Both the position numbers and the translations under genes were made by a program. From the IMG/VR virus record IMGVR_UViG_3300023174_000084, positions 32,001 to 96,000 of that record: a DNA stretch of 64,000 bases. One strand, 5' to 3'. The notes under the pieces were generated by a model. It was not told where the DNA came from. It searched no databases and saw only the letters and a program-made list of their open reading frames with translations. This stretch comes from a virus. This document shows, piece by piece, positions 58,387 to 64,000 of the stretch. Position 1 is the first letter of the stretch, and the number at the start of each line of letters is the position of its first letter.

Positions 58387-60994
58387 AAGCGTATTGAATT
58401 GCTACAAAAGTATTTGCATTGTCACCATCAATACTGAAGTATCTCAAGTAAGCTGAACTGGTACCAGACATAGTAAATGTGGTTGAATTGTCAGTTGAAT
58501 TGGTTGCTGTGCATCCGTGTGTAACTGTTCTTGCCGGTCCACCAGTATTCGTCAACCAAACTTCAACAACTTTACCTGGCACATAATTTGAAAGTGATAT
58601 GGTACAATCTGCGGCAAGTGTAGCTTTAATTAATGATGTTGTTGAAAAATCAATTGTAAAGGCTGTCTGAGCACCAGCCAAAATAGTAGGTGCATAAATG
58701 AATCCTTTTTGTGGTGCCACAATACCAGTAAAATATACAGAATCGGCATTGAATGAAGCAATTTCATTAACAACATTTGAACCCGTTGGTGTATTCCAGA
58801 ATCTTATTCTAGAACCACGATTTGTGTCCGAATGATTTTCAGTAGCAATAAAATCGATTCTTGCATCACCAAATGGTGCATATCCTGTAGTACCATATGA
58901 GTTACCAGCAATACGCAACAGAATATCATTGTTCTGTGTCGCTGTTGGTGCATCTACTGTACCTCTGGCGGCTCTACCAGCAATAATAGGATATGCTGTA
59001 TTTGATGCCCCAAAAGAATCAATCAACACTCTAGCTGGTGTGTTTGCTTTGCTAGTCAGTTGCATCAACGTGCCAGCTTGTGTTGGAGTCTGTGAACTTC
59101 CTGATGCTGTGATTCTAAAGGCTGCTTCTGTTGCTGAGAAGTTTGAATTGGCTAAAACAACAATACCATTGACGGTTAGGTTTTTATTGACATTTAAATC
59201 TCTAACGACTGTGTTTGCATTATTAACAACTAAACCATTTGGTATAGTCAAACTTCCGTCTGAACCAAATTCAAATTGTCGTGCTGTGTTTATGCCATCT
59301 GTGATTATTCTCACATTAGAAACGGCTGTCACTATAGCAGTGTTGTTATTAGAAATTAATGCTGAATCATCTGTTAATGAGAGATAAACAGGTTCAGAAC
59401 CTTTATTGAAATATACGCCACCGTTGGTACCAATGTATATACCTCTAGCGATACCATTAACTGAATCAAAAGATTGTAATGTGATTGTGTCATCGTTGCT
59501 TCTTATAACACCTTCACCTGGTACTGTGAATGTACCTTCTTGATTAAAACTCCAGCTATATGGACTGGCATGTCTGTTTGTAACAATTTGAAAAATACCA
59601 GTAGTGTTTGCAGTCATTACAGATGGACTTGCAGTTTCTTGATAAATTCCACCGGCAGTATTGAGTGTAATAAAACCATTAACATTTAAATTACTTTCAA
59701 TGGTATTTTCACTTATTGATTCAATAACATATGTGTTGGCTAAATCGGAATTTACTGTAAAATATTTTAAATGTTTGGTACTATATGGAGAAATTTTTAT
59801 TGTTGATGCTTTGGTTGTAGAGTTGTTTGCAGGAACACCATGAGTAATTGTTCGAACTGCAGCCGAATCATTATAAACAAACAAATCAATATACTTACCA
59901 AGAACAATACCTGTATGTGAAACAACCAAATCACTAGTAACATTGGTCTTAACAATATTGGCTTGTTGATAGTTAAGTGTGATGGCAGTTTGTGGTGAAG
60001 AATATGTGGTTGGTATCGACATTGCATTGGCCACATAGGTTGCACCATTTGCATATACCAAACCATCAATTACTAGTGTACCAGGAATATAAATGCTATT
60101 GTTTACTGTAATTGCAAATGTATTTGCAAGAGCATTGTTTGCTTTATTAAATGCACCAGCAGCTAAACCATTGGCACCATTAGCAGCATTATATGCACCA
60201 GCAGCCAAACCATTGGCACCATTGGCTGTGTTGTATGCACTCGTGGCGTATCCATTAACGTCATTGGCTTTTGCAAAACCTGATTGTGCATATTGATTTA
60301 CTGCGGTAATTTGAGTGTTTTGCCAAGCATTAACGCCTTGAATGATAATTGTGTTGGCTGATGCTGAATTGGCCGTGTTTGCAGCCAATTGTGATAGAGA
60401 TGCAGGTGCAGCCGCAACAGTTTGTATTGAACCATCAGTAAACTCTAAACGACTTGAGTTGTTAAGTGTGATACCAAACTTGGTAATTTTTGCAATCACA
60501 TTTGCCGTTGTTGTACCACCAGCAACAAAAGATACATTTGCGCCAGCTGAAGCAGTACCAATCACCAAGTTTCCGTCAGAAGAATTATCTAAAGAACCTG
60601 AAACATAAAGATAACCATCAAGGCGTTTTGTGGCTGAGTATTCTGGATCATTATAAGTTGAATTGTTGATACCCAAATCAATATAATTGTTTGCATTGGT
60701 ACCAATATCAGCTGTTGCAACATAGTCAGCAGAACCATTACCAGTTAAATTTTGTAAATTGGTTTGTAAAAATGTTTGGCTATTGCCGCTAAATTGTGCA
60801 ACTGTATTGGTCAATAAAATTTCATTAGGTCCAACTTTTAAAGAATCGTTGTGAAACAAACCATCAGCCAAAGTTCGAACGGTGATTCTAGCTGTTTCAT
60901 CGGTTGATATATCTACAACAGGAATAATAGTTGCAGCTGTATTTCCATTTATGGTTGATATTATTGGGAGGTCTGATATTTTTACTGTTGCCAT
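58385..60994 (-). CDS. fibre/structural protein inserted between gp7 and gp8
   Basis: VKISDLP N-terminus; modules shared with the 1690-aa fibre; internal duplicated domain. Confidence 0.75.
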   Translation of the reverse strand: MATVKISDLPIISTINGNTAATIIPVVDISTDETARITVRTLADGLFHNDSLKVGPNEILLTNTVAQFSGNSQTFLQTNLQNLTGNGSADYVATADIGTNANNYIDLGINNSTYNDPEYSATKRLDGYLYVSGSLDNSSDGNLVIGTASAGANVSFVAGGTTTANVIAKITKFGITLNNSSRLEFTDGSIQTVAAAPASLSQLAANTANSASANTIIIQGVNAWQNTQITAVNQYAQSGFAKANDVNGYATSAYNTANGANGLAAGAYNAANGANGLAAGAFNKANNALANTFAITVNNSIYIPGTLVIDGLVYANGATYVANAMSIPTTYSSPQTAITLNYQQANIVKTNVTSDLVVSHTGIVLGKYIDLFVYNDSAAVRTITHGVPANNSTTKASTIKISPYSTKHLKYFTVNSDLANTYVIESISENTIESNLNVNGFITLNTAGGIYQETASPSVMTANTTGIFQIVTNRHASPYSWSFNQEGTFTVPGEGVIRSNDDTITLQSFDSVNGIARGIYIGTNGGVYFNKGSEPVYLSLTDDSALISNNNTAIVTAVSNVRIITDGINTARQFEFGSDGSLTIPNGLVVNNANTVVRDLNVNKNLTVNGIVVLANSNFSATEAAFRITASGSSQTPTQAGTLMQLTSKANTPARVLIDSFGASNTAYPIIAGRAARGTVDAPTATQNNDILLRIAGNSYGTTGYAPFGDARIDFIATENHSDTNRGSRIRFWNTPTGSNVVNEIASFNADSVYFTGIVAPQKGFIYAPTILAGAQTAFTIDFSTTSLIKATLAADCTISLSNYVPGKVVEVWLTNTGGPARTVTHGCTATNSTDNSTTFTMSGTSSAYLRYFSIDGDNANTFVAIQYA

Positions 60995-60997
60995 TTG

Positions 60998-63802
60998 TTA
61001 ACCTATTAAGAGTATTTCATTGTCTTGAGTTATAATAGTTTGGTTGTTTTGTGTTACTAGTTCTGGATTTGAAGCCAATCCAATTGGACCATAGATGATT
61101 ACATCTGTGGTTGATACTGTTCTTTGTACCGACATTAATGAATTGACTGTATTGGCCAAATTACTTGTTAATGTGATTGTACCACCTTCCCAATCAACAC
61201 TTTGCACCGTTTTCTCGGTATTATTGGCAACCAGAACTTTATCACCAGCAAAAACAATATCTTTTAATGGATACTGAGTATTGCTATACTCACCATTATT
61301 GACAATATTATAAGAACCAGTTAATGATATTATATTTATGACATTACTTCCAGAATTTGCTGTGACCGAAGCAACATTTGCATAGGTCAACCAAACATTG
61401 TCTTTTAGAATTACGGTATTGGCAGATGGTCCAACAATGATTTCATCTACATCGGAAGCAATTTGAAATCCATTACTTAAAGTAATAAGAAGATTACTAT
61501 TAGAAGCAATAAAGTTTTGTAGATTGGCACCAACCAAAGAGTAGAAATTAACAATATTATTACTTGCATTGGTCCATGTAGAACTCATGGTCACATAGGA
61601 ACCTGTATCACCAGTATAATATCCTAGTGGTTGACCAGTTTCTAAAGCACTCTCTGATGTAAAGTCTACACTTGAATTAGATTTCATAGCATAACGGCCA
61701 ATTACTTTCATACCAGCTGGGTGAACCAGGTTTAGGAGTGTATCACGATACTTAGCAATCTCCGCTTCTAATGTAATCTGATAAGTGAAGTTGTTGTAAA
61801 TTTCAGATTGCAATACATCAAACGAACTTGGTTGGCCTGTAGTATCTAAGTATTGACCTTGACTGATAACCAGTCCGTTTAAAAATGTGGCAGTTGCATT
61901 GGCCGTGCCGTCACCATAATTAATTATACCAGTAGAACCAAATCGTGTAGCTGCATTAAATGTATTATATTGGGTTGATAGTTGAATAATTGTATTTACA
62001 TCACCATCAATTTTAATTGGTGTACCAGAAACAGGATTAGCATTGTAATTAAATACACGCAGACGGTAAAGTGTTTGTAGTGGATCACCATTAGGTACCA
62101 AAACGGATGTTGAATCAACGGTAGCACGATAACTGGAATTAGCTACATCAGGTCCTTGATATACAATTTGGCCTGTTGTCGGTAAATCACCAATCGCTAC
62201 GTTAGAAATTACAATATCTTGAACTTTAAGTGATACTTGTGGTGCAGCAATATAATCTTCACCTGGATTATTAATATTAATAGATGTAATAGAACCTACA
62301 CGATCCACAGTTGTTGAGAATACTGCACCATCACCAAGAATACCTGGAACATAGATAGATGCATTAGCGCCACCAGAAGATGTGATTGTAAGATTAGGTA
62401 AAGCATCGGCTTTGTATCCGAATCCACCCAAAGGATAAGATAAACTTCCAGGTGGATAAACATAACTTATCATTGTAATTGAACCGTTACCATTTACTGC
62501 TGTCACATTGGCAGCTGCACCGAAACCTGAACCACCAGTAAAGACAATCTTATTATTTACCGCATATCCAGAACCCGCATTGGTGATTTGAATAGGTGCA
62601 AGAATACCAAGGTTTTGTAAATTGCCTGTGCCAGTATCGGTAGTAAACAATGATTGTGCTGTAACTGTCGGTACATCGGTAATACCTCCTCCGGAATTTT
62701 GAACAATCAATGATGAGATAGGATAAGTTGTAAATCCAGTAAATGTAAACGCTCGAGCCAATGTATTACTAACATTTGATATGGCCGTGTTAGCAAAATT
62801 ATAATCAGCTGCACCAATTAATACAGAAGCTTTTAATCCAATTGTGTCAATAGGAACAAATGCAACATTAGCAATGCCATTTGCAGAAGGATCAACAGAT
62901 GATACTTGAACAACTGCACCTGGAGAATTCGTAATATTAATTACTGTGTTTGGATTTTCACGATAACCATAACCACCTGCAACAACACCAATACGCTGAA
63001 TTGAACCTGATGTGGTTTGACCTACAGTAGCCGTAGCACCGAGACCTGTATTTGAACTTAAACCACCATACACGATAACGGGATCACCTGGACGATACAA
63101 TAATCCACGATTAGTTGGGCTAATTAAAATCTGGCTAATCTGACCTACAATTTTACCGGTATGTGGCATGCCATCTTTCATCAAAACATCTTGGTCATTG
63201 GCATCAACTACACGAACTGTTTCACCTGACTGAAATAGTCGTTGAATATCCGAAACGAATAATTGAATTTTGTTACCGGAAAGAACAACAGCTTCAATCG
63301 TTGCAATTGATTTGCTGGTTTCACCAAAAATTCTGTAGTTAACACAATCAAAAAAGTTTTGATTATCCGAATCTAATCTAAGACTTTTTGCAACATACCA
63401 TTTACCAGCAGAAGCACGCAACACGGCATCTTTAGTATAAAAGAATTCTACATCAGAATTAAATAGTGTTTTAAATAAAAACTTAAATGATGCCTGAGTA
63501 CCTTTTGATTGGTAGAGTTGTCGAGCAACTTTAGCAACTTTTACTTTATCAGCTAGAATATCTTGTGGAAAATATGGTAGAAACTCGTCATAAAAGTAAT
63601 CAAGGAATTCAGCCGATGTTTTATCGATGTCAACATAGTTTAATATGTTTTTGCTTCTGTCTGTTACTTGACCTGTCTGTTCCATCCACTCATAGTATGC
63701 TTGTAAAAACAATACAAAATTAGCATACGCAGGATCATCCCGAACAAATTCAGGAAGTTGCGATGGTATGAGTAGTGAGGTTTTTTGACCTGATTCTATC
63801 AT
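60998..63802 (-). CDS. 7: baseplate wedge protein gp7-like
   Basis: QLPEFVR..Y..F..FL.AYYEW.E, Y.SKGT..S, Q...Y..F.Y, LVHPAG.K. Confidence 0.85.
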   Translation of the reverse strand: MIESGQKTSLLIPSQLPEFVRDDPAYANFVLFLQAYYEWMEQTGQVTDRSKNILNYVDIDKTSAEFLDYFYDEFLPYFPQDILADKVKVAKVARQLYQSKGTQASFKFLFKTLFNSDVEFFYTKDAVLRASAGKWYVAKSLRLDSDNQNFFDCVNYRIFGETSKSIATIEAVVLSGNKIQLFVSDIQRLFQSGETVRVVDANDQDVLMKDGMPHTGKIVGQISQILISPTNRGLLYRPGDPVIVYGGLSSNTGLGATATVGQTTSGSIQRIGVVAGGYGYRENPNTVINITNSPGAVVQVSSVDPSANGIANVAFVPIDTIGLKASVLIGAADYNFANTAISNVSNTLARAFTFTGFTTYPISSLIVQNSGGGITDVPTVTAQSLFTTDTGTGNLQNLGILAPIQITNAGSGYAVNNKIVFTGGSGFGAAANVTAVNGNGSITMISYVYPPGSLSYPLGGFGYKADALPNLTITSSGGANASIYVPGILGDGAVFSTTVDRVGSITSININNPGEDYIAAPQVSLKVQDIVISNVAIGDLPTTGQIVYQGPDVANSSYRATVDSTSVLVPNGDPLQTLYRLRVFNYNANPVSGTPIKIDGDVNTIIQLSTQYNTFNAATRFGSTGIINYGDGTANATATFLNGLVISQGQYLDTTGQPSSFDVLQSEIYNNFTYQITLEAEIAKYRDTLLNLVHPAGMKVIGRYAMKSNSSVDFTSESALETGQPLGYYTGDTGSYVTMSSTWTNASNNIVNFYSLVGANLQNFIASNSNLLITLSNGFQIASDVDEIIVGPSANTVILKDNVWLTYANVASVTANSGSNVINIISLTGSYNIVNNGEYSNTQYPLKDIVFAGDKVLVANNTEKTVQSVDWEGGTITLTSNLANTVNSLMSVQRTVSTTDVIIYGPIGLASNPELVTQNNQTIITQDNEILLIG

Positions 63803-64000
63803 GTTTTGGCCGTAACATTAACGGTGATTGCTGTTACATCATACGGATCGATTGTAATGATTCGATTGTAAGTGGATGAAACAATGGAAGTAGTTGGTGT
63901 TGTGGTGACTGCAAGACGACCAAAAGTATCATCTACTCCAATTGGACTAAACGAATTCAAAGTGATAACACCTTCTTGATAATCGATTGTACCAATATTC
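63799..64000 (-). CDS. 6: C-terminus of baseplate wedge protein gp6 (partial)
   Basis: IGTIDYQEGVITL..F.P...NRIITID...*, ATGA overlap with gp7. Confidence 0.7.
   Translation of the reverse strand, partial: NIGTIDYQEGVITLNSFSPIGVDDTFGRLAVTTTPTTSIVSSTYNRIITIDPYDVTAITVNVTAKT

Overview
64 kb of an AT-rich T4-like myovirus genome with a cyanophage/pelagiphage-type gene order and no photosynthesis genes in this window. Essentially all genes are on the minus strand. Reading in the direction of transcription (right to left): the gp6 C-terminus, gp7, gp8 and a DUF4815/VrlC-like protein; a large cluster of repeat-rich fibre genes; a late-promoter-driven 2OG-Fe(II) oxygenase, methyltransferase and glycosyltransferase trio directly upstream of two collagen-like fibre genes at the fibritin (wac) position; neck, terminase, tail, portal and head genes (gp13-gp23, gp3); uvsY, uvsW, gp55, gp47, gp46, peptide deformylase, a DUF4338-like gene, gp45, gp44, gp62, regA, hsp20, tRNA-Ile(CAU) and dCMP deaminase. 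Regulatory signals are legible: sigma70 promoters with 17-bp spacers, (N)NTAAATA late promoters and cUUCGg terminators. The most interesting observations are: (1) a putative phage-encoded collagen hydroxylation, glycosylation and methylation module; (2) a shared N-terminal domain plus C-terminal DGGxF tag across consecutive fibre genes, a possible plug-and-socket assembly code; (3) a ROSE-type RNA thermometer and nested early/late promoters on hsp20; (4) a lone antisense sigma70 promoter next to gp55. All protein calls come from motif recognition and synteny by eye, not database searches.
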